Below, piece after piece: positions 20,186 through 30,161 of a stretch of DNA of 64,000 nt (position 1 is its first letter; each line of letters begins with the position of its first letter). The stretch is from Polyangiales bacterium (lineage in GTDB: Bacteria; Myxococcota_A; Polyangia; Polyangiales; Ga0077539): contig JBGARZ010000011.1 in NCBI GenBank assembly GCA_044229975.1, positions 160,001 to 224,000 of the forward strand, written 5' to 3'. Position numbers and translations under genes: made by a program. The notes below the pieces were generated by a model, which saw only the letters and a program-made list of their open reading frames with translations, made no database searches and had not been told where the DNA came from.

Positions 20186-21223
20186 GTGACCGCGCGCAGG
20201 AGCCTCACCACGTCGACGGTCGCGCTCGTGCTGCTGGCGGCGTGCGACGTTCCCGACCTCGTCGAGCGCCCGGTGGACGCGGGCGCGCTCGCCGACGTCG
20301 TCACCGCCGTCGACGTCGCGGACGTCCTCGCGGCAGCGACCACACCGAGCTGCCCCGACGCGCAGGAGCGCGGCTGCGAGCGGGTGCGCGTGGCCGGCGG
20401 AGCCTTCACGCTGGGAACCGAGTCCCTGGCAGACTCACGACCCCCCGTGCCCAACGTGCGCGTGTCGGACTTCACGCTCGACGCGACGGAGGTGACGGTC
20501 GCTCGCTTCCGGCGCTTCCACGACGACCTCGCGCGGTGGCGCGCGGCGCTGCCCGACCCGTCGGTCATCGTGGTGCGCTACCCCAACGGAACCGAACTGC
20601 GCGTGCCCACCACGGACGTCGACCCCGACCACCTCCAGAGCCCCCTCGAAGGCATCGGGGTCAACCGCTTCAGCGATCCGCGCGCGGGTGTCGCGTCTCA
20701 TCCCGCCAACGGGGTCGGGTGGGCGGTGGCGATGGCCTTCTGCGCGTGGGACGGCGGACGCCTCCCGACGGAGGCCGAGTGGGAGTACGCCGCGCGCTGG
20801 TGGCAGAGCGGCGCGCCCGACGGACGAACCTACCCATGGGGCGAGCTCACGCCCGTGCAGCGGTGTGATCTCGCCCACTGGATGATCGGGGTGTTCACGC
20901 CCAACGGGCGCTGCGTGGGCGCCGACAAGCGCGCGTCGCGGCGCGTGGCGAGCCTCCCATTGGGTCAGTCGCACGGCCTCCACGACCTCGCGGGCAACGC
21001 CATCGAGTGGCTCGCCGACAGCTTCGTCTCGTACGGCACCGCGTGCACCGGGCGCACGCCCGTCGACCCGATCTGCGACGCCGCCGGGGTGAACGATCGC
21101 GTGATGCGCGGGGGCTCTGCGGCGACGCCCGCGACGGAGGCCCAGCAGCTCCTCACGGCGTGGCGCATGGGCCAGGACCCTTCCCGCCAGAACGCCGCCC
21201 ACGGGTTTCGCTGCGCGCGGTGA
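20186..21223 (+). CDS. FGE-sulfatase (SUMF1/C-type-lectin-fold) lipoprotein
   Basis: LAAC lipobox; [44 protein letters not shown]. Confidence 0.9.
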   Translation: MTARRSLTTSTVALVLLAACDVPDLVERPVDAGALADVVTAVDVADVLAAATTPSCPDAQERGCERVRVAGGAFTLGTESLADSRPPVPNVRVSDFTLDATEVTVARFRRFHDDLARWRAALPDPSVIVVRYPNGTELRVPTTDVDPDHLQSPLEGIGVNRFSDPRAGVASHPANGVGWAVAMAFCAWDGGRLPTEAEWEYAARWWQSGAPDGRTYPWGELTPVQRCDLAHWMIGVFTPNGRCVGADKRASRRVASLPLGQSHGLHDLAGNAIEWLADSFVSYGTACTGRTPVDPICDAAGVNDRVMRGGSAATPATEAQQLLTAWRMGQDPSRQNAAHGFRCAR

Positions 21224-22548
21224 TAGGCTGGGCGGGCACCGTGGCTACGCCCGACGCCGACGACCTCCTCGGACGCACCCTCGCCGGTCGCTACCGCCTC
21301 GCGCGGCTGCTGGGCCGCGGCGGTCACGGCGTGGTCTTCGAGGCGCGCGACACGCTGCTCGACCGCGACGTGGCGGTGAAGGTGCTCGCGCTACGGCCTG
21401 AGCGCGGAGACGACGAGGCGAGGTTTCTGCGCGAGGCGCGCGCGGCGGCTAGGGTGGAGCACCCGGGCGTGGTGAGGGTGCTCGACCTGGGGCGCGACGA
21501 GGCGGCGGGGTGCGTGTTCCTGGCGCAGGAGCTGGTGCGCGGCGCGACGCTGCGCGACTGGATGGAGGAGCAGCTCGTGGCCACGCCCGCGCAGGCCATG
21601 GCGCTGCTCGGACCCGTGATGGAGGGGCTCGCGGCGGCGCACGCGCGGGGGGTCGTTCATCGCGACGTGAAGCCCGAGAACGTGCTGCTGGCCGAAGGGC
21701 CCGACGGTGCGATCACACCAAAGGTGATCGACTTCGGGGTGGCCTCGCTGACGGGACGAGACGAGCCCGCGACGCCCGGCGGACGCATCGCTGGGACGCC
21801 CGCGTACATGGCCCCGGAGCTCGCTCGCGGAGAGCGCGAACCCGACGCGCGCGCCGACGTATGGGCCGTCGGGGTGATGCTGTACGAGCTGCTATTGGGG
21901 CGTCGTCCGTACGACGCGGACGGCACTCGCGCGCTGGTGGCGGCGCTCGCCCACGCCGAGCCGGTGCGCTTCTCGCGGCGTGCACCCGAGGCGTCGGCTG
22001 CCCTCTGCGAGGTGGTCGAGCGCGCCCTCGCCCCGGCGCCCGACGACCGCTACGCGACGCTCGACGCGATGCGCGCCGCGCTCGCTGCGTGCGACGAGGT
22101 GCGCTCGCCCGACGCCCCGTGGACGCCGCACACGATGGCCGCGAGCACGCGCACGTCGCGGGAGGTGGCTCCGTTGGCGCTGGCCTCGCGCCCGCCGCCG
22201 CCGCGGGTCGCGCGCTGGTTCGCGGGGGCGCTGCTCGCCGCGGCGGTGGCGGTGGTCGTGGTGGCTGTCGGGCTGCGCGCGCGACCGGCGCCGCGAGCGA
22301 CGGCGGTGCGGGTGGCGACGGTGGTGGCGGCAGCGCCGACGACGGTGGCGGTCGCGGCGCCAGCGGTGGTGGTGGTGACGCCGACGGTGGGGACGGACGC
22401 GGCGGTGGGGACGGACGCGGCGGTGGGGACGGTCGCGCGGCGGGTCGAGGCGGAGGTGCGACCGAGGCCGACGCGGCGGGAGCCGGTGAGGGCAGCGGTG
22501 GTGGGGGTCAACCAGGCGCCGATTCTGGCGCCACCTGGGTTGGAGTAG
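21220..22548 (+). CDS. Membrane Ser/Thr protein kinase
   Basis: GTGA overlap with the upstream gene; [27 protein letters not shown]; one TM helix and a low-complexity tail. Confidence 0.92.
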   Translation: MIGWAGTVATPDADDLLGRTLAGRYRLARLLGRGGHGVVFEARDTLLDRDVAVKVLALRPERGDDEARFLREARAAARVEHPGVVRVLDLGRDEAAGCVFLAQELVRGATLRDWMEEQLVATPAQAMALLGPVMEGLAAAHARGVVHRDVKPENVLLAEGPDGAITPKVIDFGVASLTGRDEPATPGGRIAGTPAYMAPELARGEREPDARADVWAVGVMLYELLLGRRPYDADGTRALVAALAHAEPVRFSRRAPEASAALCEVVERALAPAPDDRYATLDAMRAALAACDEVRSPDAPWTPHTMAASTRTSREVAPLALASRPPPPRVARWFAGALLAAAVAVVVVAVGLRARPAPRATAVRVATVVAAAPTTVAVAAPAVVVVTPTVGTDAAVGTDAAVGTVARRVEAEVRPRPTRREPVRAAVVGVNQAPILAPPGLE

Positions 22549-22912
22549 CGGGCGTCGCGCGTCCCGTCGGCACGTTCGCCCAAGGCGGACTTACCCGGAG
22601 GGACGCACCCACCCACGCCCGCAGCCCCCCCTTCCCTGAGTCGCCCGCGTCCTCGCCCGGAGTCGCGCGCATCCCACCCGTCTCCACCGCGCATCCCGCC
22701 CGTCTCCACTTCGCCTCCTCCCCATGAGCCGCCTGCCTCCCTCCCATGAGGGTCGCGACCCCGTGCCAACGGTCGCCCTCCTCCCCGTTCGCACAATTCG
22801 TCATCCGCCACGAAACCCCCGCAACCCCCGCCCTCGACAACCCCCCGCGAACAGTTGGTGCGCCTCGCATGTCGCGAGCCGTCGCAGCCAACCGCCCTCG
22901 CAGGTGCACACC

Positions 22913-23500
22913 ATGAACAAGTCCACGAAGTCCTCCCCCGTCGTTGCCTCTGTCTCCCATCCCCCCTGCGCCTCGGTCGACGACACCGCGGCGTACCTCC
23001 GCGCCGCCCCCGTGCTGACGGCGGTGCTCTCCGTCCTCCCCCCCGCCAATCTTCCACGGCGCGACGCCACCTTCGCCCAACAGGAGCTTCGCAAGCTCGA
23101 CGCCGACCTGCGCGCCGAAGCCGACCGCGCGCTCCAGCAGATCGCCCACGTCGATGCCGCCACCCGCGCAGCCGACCTCGGCCCCGCCACGACGAGGCTC
23201 CACGGCCTCGACGCGCTCGTCCGAGGCCGCGCCGACAACGCCGCCGTCCTCACGCGCCTGCGGTACCTCCTCGACTACGCCGAGGTGCAGCAGCGCGTCT
23301 TCGACCACGACGCCGTGCTCGTCATCGAGGCGGTCGGCGAGGCCATCGCGTTCATGGGGCAGTACGACGACTCGCTGCGCGGTCGGTACCGCGCCACCCT
23401 CGACATGCTCGCCGCTCGCCAGAGCAAGGTCACCCAGGGCCGCGCCCGAGCCCGCGCCGCCACGCCCGAACCCGAGCCCGAGCCCACGCCGGTCGAGTGA
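22913..23500 (+). CDS. Hypothetical helical protein
   Basis: 195 aa ORF with coherent codon usage. Confidence 0.75.
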   Translation: MNKSTKSSPVVASVSHPPCASVDDTAAYLRAAPVLTAVLSVLPPANLPRRDATFAQQELRKLDADLRAEADRALQQIAHVDAATRAADLGPATTRLHGLDALVRGRADNAAVLTRLRYLLDYAEVQQRVFDHDAVLVIEAVGEAIAFMGQYDDSLRGRYRATLDMLAARQSKVTQGRARARAATPEPEPEPTPVE

Positions 23501-23608
23501 CCTCTGGCTTCCGCCGCCGCCCGTTCCTGCCGTCTCACCTCCGCCCCCATCACTTCCATTCCCGTCAGGTTGACGCCGGACCGACCGCCGCGATACCGCA
23601 GTGGTCCG

Positions 23609-24133
23609 ATGGGCAAGACCGCGAAGATCATCCTGGGTGTGTTGGGGTTCTTCGTGCTCGCCTGCATCGTCGCGGGCGTCGTCAGCGTGACCTTCGTCAA
23701 GAAGAAGATCGGCAACGTCGCCGAGGAGATGCAGCGGCAGCAGACCGAGGCCCGCACCTGGGCTCGCGGCCACGCGCAGGCCGAGTGCCTCGACCAGGGC
23801 ATGGTGCGCGCCCGCACCTGCGCCGGCTTCACGTGTCAGATGGGGGTGCAGACCTTCACGTCCAACTGCCTGTCCCTGGCCACCCCCACGCCGGGGCTCT
23901 GCGAGGGCGTCCCCCACCCGCAGGACTTCCAGTCGGGCTCGATCTGGCGCAACGGACGGTGTCCCATCACGGGTACGCAGTCGGCTCCCGACGCGACGTC
24001 TACGGCTTGTCTCCAGGTGATGTCGATCCTCCAGGCCCACTGCGCGGCGCGCGCGGCCCGGGCCGACGCCGCGGTGGCGCCGATGCCGACGGCAGAGCCG
24101 ACCCCGGCACCGACGGCAGCGCCGACGCCATAG
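23609..24133 (+). CDS. Membrane-anchored Cys-containing hypothetical protein
   Basis: N-terminal TM helix (IILGVLGFFVLACIVAGVV) and multiple Cys. Confidence 0.8.
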   Translation: MGKTAKIILGVLGFFVLACIVAGVVSVTFVKKKIGNVAEEMQRQQTEARTWARGHAQAECLDQGMVRARTCAGFTCQMGVQTFTSNCLSLATPTPGLCEGVPHPQDFQSGSIWRNGRCPITGTQSAPDATSTACLQVMSILQAHCAARAARADAAVAPMPTAEPTPAPTAAPTP

Positions 24134-24229
24134 CGTTGGGAGAGGTGGGCGAGCGCGCCCCTCCGCTTCGCTACGGGTGAGGGCGGGGACTGTTGGCGTG
24201 AGTGGTGGGGCGGAGGGGGAAGGCGACGG

Positions 24230-24445
24230 TCAGCGGCCGAGGGCGCGCTGGTGGGCCGTGTACGCCGGGATGGCGTGGGCGATGACGCCGCTCAGCGACA
24301 GCGGCCCCGCGAGCAGGAAGAACGCCGTGTAGAACACCGACGCCACCACGAACCAGAAGAGCGCCCGGAAGAAGTCGCCGTTGTAGAGTTGCCCCGCGCC
24401 CGGGATGAAGAACGAGAGCATCGCAGCGGTACCGGCCTTGGACAT
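24230..24445 (-). CDS. Small membrane protein (TM2-like, PGAGQLY motif)
   Basis: AAMLSFFIPGAGQLYNG motif. Confidence 0.8.
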   Translation of the reverse strand: MSKAGTAAMLSFFIPGAGQLYNGDFFRALFWFVVASVFYTAFFLLAGPLSLSGVIAHAIPAYTAHQRALGR

Positions 24446-24502
24446 GGTTGCCTCGCAATCGTCGACCGTGGGTTGGTCGCGGCCGAGAGTTGTAGCCACG
24501 GG

Positions 24503-25603
24503 GTGACGAGGGCGCTCGTGGCGGGACCAAAGAAATCATCAGCGCCCACCGAGACCGCTCGGGTGGAGGCGGCGAGGGTGGCGCTGCTGCGCTGGTACGG
24601 CGAGAGTGCGCGGTCGCTGCCGTGGCGCGCAGCAGGAACGACCGCGTGGGCGACCTGGGTGAGCGAGGTGATGCTCCAGCAGACGCGGGTGGAGACGGTG
24701 GTTCCGTACTTCGCGCGCTTCATGGCGCGCTTCCCGACGCCGAAGGAGATGGCCGAGGCGACGGAACCCGAAGTGCTCGGGCAGTGGGCAGGGCTCGGTT
24801 ACTACCGTCGCGCGAGGTTTCTGCACGCCGGGGCGAAGGCGGTGTGCGAGCGGTTTGGGGGAGAGGTTCCGCGGGGGGCGGAGGCGCTGCGGAGTTTGCC
24901 GGGTGTCGGGGAGTACACCGCGGGGGCGATCGCGAGCATCGCGCATGGCGAGCGCGCACCGCTGGTGGACGGCAACGTCGAGCGGGTGCTCACGCGGCTC
25001 TTCGCCATCGCGGGTGACCCTCGCAGCGGGCCCATCAAGAAGCGCTTGTGGGCGCTGGCGACGGCCTTCGCCGACGACCCCGACCCCGGCGCCGTCAACC
25101 AGTCTCTCATGGAGCTCGGCGCCACCGTCTGCGCCCCCACCTCGCCGCGCTGCCTCACGTGTCCGGTGCGCGCGTGGTGTGCGGCGGCGCAGGAGGGAGA
25201 GCCCGAGCGCTACCCCGAGAAGGCCGCGAAGAAGGCGCCGCGCGACGAAGAGTGGACGGCGCTGGTGGGTCTGCACGGCGACCGCGCGGTGCTGGTCGCG
25301 AGCGCGATGGGGCGATGGGAGGGGATGCTGGTTCCGTGGATGGAGGAGGGTGAGGTCGACCCGAAGGCGATGGCGCGCGGCGTCGGCGGGGGCGGGGTGC
25401 GGGAGCACGGCGAGGTGCTGCACGTGCTGACGCACGCGAGGATGCGGGTGCGGGTGTTCTCGGCGGTGATGCCGACGGTGCCGACGGGCGGGACGCTGGT
25501 GGCGAAGGGAGCCTACGCGGGGCTCGCGGTGCCGAAGGTCACGCAGCGGGTGTTGTCGGCGGTGTGGTCCAGCGGAGACGAGAAGCCCAGGCGAGGGCGG
25601 TGA
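24503..25603 (+). CDS. mutY: A/G-specific adenine glycosylase
   Basis: WVSEVMLQQTRV, WAGLGYYRRA, LPGVGEYTAGA, VDGNVERV, 4Fe-4S CAPTSPRCLTCPVRAWC. Confidence 0.96.
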   Translation: MTRALVAGPKKSSAPTETARVEAARVALLRWYGESARSLPWRAAGTTAWATWVSEVMLQQTRVETVVPYFARFMARFPTPKEMAEATEPEVLGQWAGLGYYRRARFLHAGAKAVCERFGGEVPRGAEALRSLPGVGEYTAGAIASIAHGERAPLVDGNVERVLTRLFAIAGDPRSGPIKKRLWALATAFADDPDPGAVNQSLMELGATVCAPTSPRCLTCPVRAWCAAAQEGEPERYPEKAAKKAPRDEEWTALVGLHGDRAVLVASAMGRWEGMLVPWMEEGEVDPKAMARGVGGGGVREHGEVLHVLTHARMRVRVFSAVMPTVPTGGTLVAKGAYAGLAVPKVTQRVLSAVWSSGDEKPRRGR

Positions 25604-25970
25604 GCTGGAGGGAGGCCCCGACGAGGCGGGCCGCGAGGATGGCCGCGCTGCCGCCGCGGGCGTCATGGAGGACGACGCCGCGCCAGGCGGTGGCGGCGGT
25701 GAGCGCGTGGGCAGCGAGCGCGAGCAGGGCGCCGAGGCTGGCGATGGCCAGCAGCGGGCGGTGGGCGCGGCCGTCGGTGGGCGCGAGCGCGAGGGTGACG
25801 AGGCCGGTGACGAAGGCGTGCAGGGCGAGGCGCGCGGTGGCGATGGGGTAGCCACCGAGGTGCCACGGCGACGACGGTGGCTGGAGGGCGAGAAACTCCC
25901 AGACGGACGCGAGGGCGCCGACGGCGAGGCAAAGGAGCCCGAGGCGGACGAAGGCGCGCGCGGGGGTCAC
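25539..25970 (-). CDS. Four-TM membrane hypothetical protein
   Basis: Hydrophobic segments in a 143 aa ORF. Confidence 0.7.
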   Translation of the reverse strand: MTPARAFVRLGLLCLAVGALASVWEFLALQPPSSPWHLGGYPIATARLALHAFVTGLVTLALAPTDGRAHRPLLAIASLGALLALAAHALTAATAWRGVVLHDARGGSAAILAARLVGASLQLTALAWASRLRWTTPPTTPAA

Positions 25971-26020
25971 AGGGCGAGGCTCTCCGCTCCGCGGTTCGAG
26001 CGCGAGGCCAGCGGTGCGCC

Positions 26021-26185
26021 GAGCCAGACCCCGACCGTGAGGGAGGGGACGTGGTGGTGAGGCTGCCAGTCGACCCGCTCCGGCCTGGAAGACGTCGAGC
26101 CTGACGAAGCGAAAATCCGAGTGATTGGGACGGTGACTGGCAGCCTCACCGTCGCGTCCCCTCCCTCACGGTCGGGGTCTGGCTC
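26021..26185. repeat. REPIN-like long palindrome (51-bp arms)
   Basis: 26021-26071 versus 26135-26185: 48/51 complementary, all three mismatches G-T compatible. Confidence 0.88.
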
Positions 26186-26201
26186 CACGCGCCGAGACCC
26201 A

Positions 26202-28775
26202 TCACAGCGTCTCGCCCATCGCAGCGAGGGCACTGCGGGCGCCGCGGTGGGTGGGGTCGCGGTCGAGCACCATGCGCAGCGCACGAACCGCCTCCGCACG
26301 CTGCCCCATCGCGTTGCGGGCCTTGCCGATGAGCACGCGCGCGTCGAGGGCCCGGGCGCCGCCCTGCGCGACAGCCTCGTTGGCGCGGGCGATGGTTTCC
26401 GGGTAGCGCCCCGCCGCAAAGGACTGCTGCGCGAGGGCGTACGCGCTCGGAGCGTGGCGCGCGACAGACGGCGGCGGCGCACCAGCATCCACCACCGCAA
26501 CCACGACCGCAGCACCGGCGTCCACGACCGCGGGCGGCGGAGCAGCCACGACCACGGGCGCTGGTGGTGTTGGTGGCGCTGGTGGTGGCGACGCAGCGAC
26601 GACCGCGGGCCTCGGCGCCGGGCGAGCGGGCCGTCGCGTGGGCTTGTGGAAGATCCCGAGCACGACCACCGTGACGAGCGCGACGGCCGCGAGACCAGCG
26701 ACGGCCTTGACCCAGCCGCGCGACGGGGGCGCGGCGGCGGCGGGCGCATCGGTGACCGTGGCGAAGGCGTGCACCGGGAGGGTGACGGTGACGGGCGGGG
26801 CCTCTTCGATGACGGCGCCCGGGTCGAGCGCGCGGCCGAGGACGTCGGCGAGGATGACCGCGCTGTCGAAGCGATGTGAGGGCTCCTTGGCGAGGCAGCG
26901 GAGGATGACCGCTTCGAGCGCCACGGGGATGTTGGCGTCGGGCGCGCGGCCGCGCGGAGGGTCGGGCTCCTGGCCCATGTGGCGCGCGAGGAGCTCGATC
27001 ATCGTGGCGTCTTCGAAGAGCTGCGTCCCCGTCGCGCACTCGTAGAGCACGGCGCCGACGGCGTAGAGGTCGGTGCGCGCGTCGACGTCGCGGCCGCGGG
27101 CCTGCTCCGGGGCCATGTACGCGGGCGACCCGAAGAGCTCTCCGGCGCGGGTGACGTTGCCGTCGGTTCCGCCGAGGATCGCGCTGTTGTTGGTCTTGGC
27201 GACGCCGAAATCGAGCACCTTCACGCCGCCGTCTTCGGTGAGGAAGACGTTCTCGGGCTTGATGTCGCGGTGCACGACGCCGACGGCGTGGGCGGCCGCG
27301 AGGGCGCGCGCGATGGCCACCCCGATGCGAACGCACTCCGCCGGTGGCAGGCGCCCACGGTCGGCGCTCTTCGCGCGCTCCAGGCGGCCGCGGAGGGACT
27401 CGCCGCGGAGGCGTTCCATGGCGAAGAAGAGCCGGCCGTCGAGGGTGGTGCCGAGGTCGTAGACCTGGACGAGGTTGGGGTGCGACAGCGCCGCGATGGC
27501 CCGCGCTTCGAGCCGAAACCGCTGCACCAGCATCGGGTCGGATGAGAGCGTCGGGGACAACACCTTGAGCGCCACGGGGCGACCGAGGTCGGTGTGCTCG
27601 GCGGCGAACACCTCCCCCATGGCCCCGGCGCCGATCTGCGCCCCGAGGCGGTACGGCGTCCCCGGGAGCATCTGCGCGTCGCGCGGACCTTGCGGCTGCG
27701 TGCTCACCTGCTGGCGCAGCCGCGGCGGGTCGGCGGTCGAACCACGGTGCGCGCGGGCCTCGGCGATCCAGCGGCGGTTGCGCTCGGACTCCGTCGCTTG
27801 AGCGCCTGGGAGGAGCTCGGCGAGCCCCTCGGCGATGACCTCTCGGTCGATGCGGACCCGTAGCGTCTGGGCGATGTCGAGCAGGGCGCGGCGGGCGGTG
27901 GTGGCGTCGGGGAAGCGGTGCGCCGGGTCGAAGGCCGTGAGCCGGGCGATCCAGTCGTCGAGGAGCGGTGAGACGTCGGAGCGCAGGGTGGAGGCGGCGG
28001 CGGGGCGGTGGGTTCCGCGGGCGAGGGCGTCGAGGTGCGGGACGAGCTCGAGGGTCATCCAATCGAGCTGGGTGAGGAGCTCCCACGCGACGACGCCGAT
28101 GGCGTAGAGGTCGGTGCGCGGGTCGAGGGGCTCGCGGCGCGCCTGCTCGGGGGCCATGTAGCCGGGCTTGCCGAAGATGGCGCCGTGGATGGTATGCGCC
28201 GTGCGGCCCACGGCGAGGGCGGTGCCGAAGTCGAGCACCTTCACGTCACCGTCCCACGACGCGCGCATGTTCTCGGGCGAAAGGTCGCGATGAACGAGAT
28301 GAAACGGCACCCCGTCGAGCCCGCACGCGCGGTGCGCGTAGGCCATGCCGTCGAGGACGCCCGCGAGGCACGACAGCACCAGCGCGATGCTCGGGTACCG
28401 CCGCGATCCGCGGCAGGCGTCGATGATCTCGGCGAGGTCGGTTCCGCCGACGTACTCCATCGCGAGGAAGGGGACGCCCTGCTCGACGCCGACCTCCATC
28501 ACCTGCCCGATGTTGGGGTGCTGTAGCGCGCAGAGCACCCGGCCCTCGTCGAGGAAGCGCGCCACGAGGTCGTCGGCGTGCGTGGCCTCGGCGCGGATGG
28601 TCTTCACCACGCAGAGCTTCTGGGCGTGGGCGATGGAGCCCGCGAGCGCGAGGTGGATCTCGCCCATGCCACCGCGGGCGATGGTTCCGAGGAGGAGGTA
28701 GCGGCCGAAGTCGCGACTGGCCGCCGCCCCGGAGAGCCTCGGCTGCGCGGGGTCGGTGTCGGGGCTGTCACTCAT
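26202..28775 (-). CDS. Tandem dual Ser/Thr kinase-domain membrane protein with C-terminal TPR
   Basis: Two kinase cores (HRDLSPEN/DFG/GKPGYMAPE and HRDIKPEN/DFG/GSPAYMAPE), a TM helix and a TPR-like end. Confidence 0.92.
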   Translation of the reverse strand: MSDSPDTDPAQPRLSGAAASRDFGRYLLLGTIARGGMGEIHLALAGSIAHAQKLCVVKTIRAEATHADDLVARFLDEGRVLCALQHPNIGQVMEVGVEQGVPFLAMEYVGGTDLAEIIDACRGSRRYPSIALVLSCLAGVLDGMAYAHRACGLDGVPFHLVHRDLSPENMRASWDGDVKVLDFGTALAVGRTAHTIHGAIFGKPGYMAPEQARREPLDPRTDLYAIGVVAWELLTQLDWMTLELVPHLDALARGTHRPAAASTLRSDVSPLLDDWIARLTAFDPAHRFPDATTARRALLDIAQTLRVRIDREVIAEGLAELLPGAQATESERNRRWIAEARAHRGSTADPPRLRQQVSTQPQGPRDAQMLPGTPYRLGAQIGAGAMGEVFAAEHTDLGRPVALKVLSPTLSSDPMLVQRFRLEARAIAALSHPNLVQVYDLGTTLDGRLFFAMERLRGESLRGRLERAKSADRGRLPPAECVRIGVAIARALAAAHAVGVVHRDIKPENVFLTEDGGVKVLDFGVAKTNNSAILGGTDGNVTRAGELFGSPAYMAPEQARGRDVDARTDLYAVGAVLYECATGTQLFEDATMIELLARHMGQEPDPPRGRAPDANIPVALEAVILRCLAKEPSHRFDSAVILADVLGRALDPGAVIEEAPPVTVTLPVHAFATVTDAPAAAAPPSRGWVKAVAGLAAVALVTVVVLGIFHKPTRRPARPAPRPAVVAASPPPAPPTPPAPVVVAAPPPAVVDAGAAVVVAVVDAGAPPPSVARHAPSAYALAQQSFAAGRYPETIARANEAVAQGGARALDARVLIGKARNAMGQRAEAVRALRMVLDRDPTHRGARSALAAMGETL

Positions 28776-28811
28776 GAACTGATGGGCGACGCGAGGCTGC
28801 GGGGGGCCTTC

Positions 28812-29522
28812 TCACCCGCGCGGGCGGATGGCGACCGAGCGCTGGAGCAGCGACCGCAGCGAGGCGGCCGGGCCCTGCGTGGGGAGCAGGCTGACGTGGG
28901 CCGAGATGGCGCCGGGCGGGAGCGACGGCGAGAAGCGCTCGGCGGTGCGCTCGACGGGCTCTTCGCGGGCGAGCACCGGGGTGGACACGGGCAGCGGCGG
29001 AATGGACACCGGCGACGGCTTGGGCAGCGGCTTGTCCATGCGAAACGCGAGCGTCTCGACGTGGTCGGCGTCGTCCTCGTCGAAGCCCGGCGAGACCTTC
29101 GCGCCGGCCGCGAACGAGGCCGCGATGTCGGCGACCGCGGGCTTGACCGGCGCGGCGGGCGTGGCGCGCGGGGCGCTGGGCGCGCGCGGAGCGTCGAGGG
29201 TGAGCGGCGCCGCGGGCTTGACCGGCGTGGGCTCGGGGCGCGCGGGCTCCGGGGTCTGCGCGGCTTCGGGAATGACGATCGCCGGGGGCCGTGCCTCGGG
29301 GGGAACGATCATCTGGACTTCGACGGTGGCGGCCTCGGGCTTCGGGGTCTCCGGGCGACGGAGCTCGGCGCGCGGCGCTTCGGGCTCGATGGCCTTGGGA
29401 GCGGGTGCCGCGACGATCGTCGGTGCGGGTGCGGCGACCGGGGCGGAAACGCGGGGCTCGGCGCTGCGGGCGACGACGCGGGCGAGGAGTGTTTCGAGTC
29501 GGGCGATGACGTCGGCGCTCAT
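28812..29522 (-). CDS. Pro/Ala-rich hypothetical protein
   Basis: ATG overlaps the upstream stop (ATGA); helical termini around a low-complexity linker. Confidence 0.75.
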   Translation of the reverse strand: MSADVIARLETLLARVVARSAEPRVSAPVAAPAPTIVAAPAPKAIEPEAPRAELRRPETPKPEAATVEVQMIVPPEARPPAIVIPEAAQTPEPARPEPTPVKPAAPLTLDAPRAPSAPRATPAAPVKPAVADIAASFAAGAKVSPGFDEDDADHVETLAFRMDKPLPKPSPVSIPPLPVSTPVLAREEPVERTAERFSPSLPPGAISAHVSLLPTQGPAASLRSLLQRSVAIRPRG

Positions 29523-30082
29523 GCGGAGGCTCCTCCCAACAGGGCGGCCAGGATCTGCGGACCGGGTTCGCCGCGGGCAGCGCGCTCGCGGACGAAGGTG
29601 CAAGCGGCCTCGGCGCCGAGGAAGAGCGTGAGCGCGTCGTCCTCGGTGGAGAGGATCGTGGCGCTGGTCTCGACGCCCGCGACGTCGCTGACCACGTCGG
29701 CGATGAGCCTCGTGGCGAAACGGTGGAAGGCGGCGTCGGTGGCGGGGGGGGAGTTCCAGTGGAGGGTGAGGGCCTCGCCGTAGCGCTCGAAGGAGCAGGT
29801 GCCGAGGCCGCGCTGACCGAGCGCGAGGGCGATGGCGTAGGCGACCTCCTCGGGGGTCGGGTCGGGCGTGGCGTCGAGGATGGTGACCGCGTCCTTGGCG
29901 ACGGCCTCGGCGAGGGACTTCGTCAGCGGGTCGACGTTGTCACCGAGGGCCGTGATGGCGCGCGCGAGCCACGTCGCAGGGACGGCGACGGCGCGGGCGA
30001 CGGAGGGGGTCTTGAGTTCGAGTCGACCGCGCGACAGGTCAACCGTCAGGGCGCTCGCGAGGGGGTGCAGTCGGGTTGCCAC
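29519..30082 (-). CDS. Hypothetical protein, possibly V4R-like
   Basis: LGQRGLGTCSFERYGEAL pattern; GTG start estimated. Confidence 0.65.
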   Translation of the reverse strand: MATRLHPLASALTVDLSRGRLELKTPSVARAVAVPATWLARAITALGDNVDPLTKSLAEAVAKDAVTILDATPDPTPEEVAYAIALALGQRGLGTCSFERYGEALTLHWNSPPATDAAFHRFATRLIADVVSDVAGVETSATILSTEDDALTLFLGAEAACTFVRERAARGEPGPQILAALLGGASA

Positions 30083-30161
30083 GGCCCGCGACGATCGCAC
30101 ACCGCCCGCGGCGCCCGCAAATACCTTGGAACCTCCCCCCTCTTTGGCACACTCACCGTCG

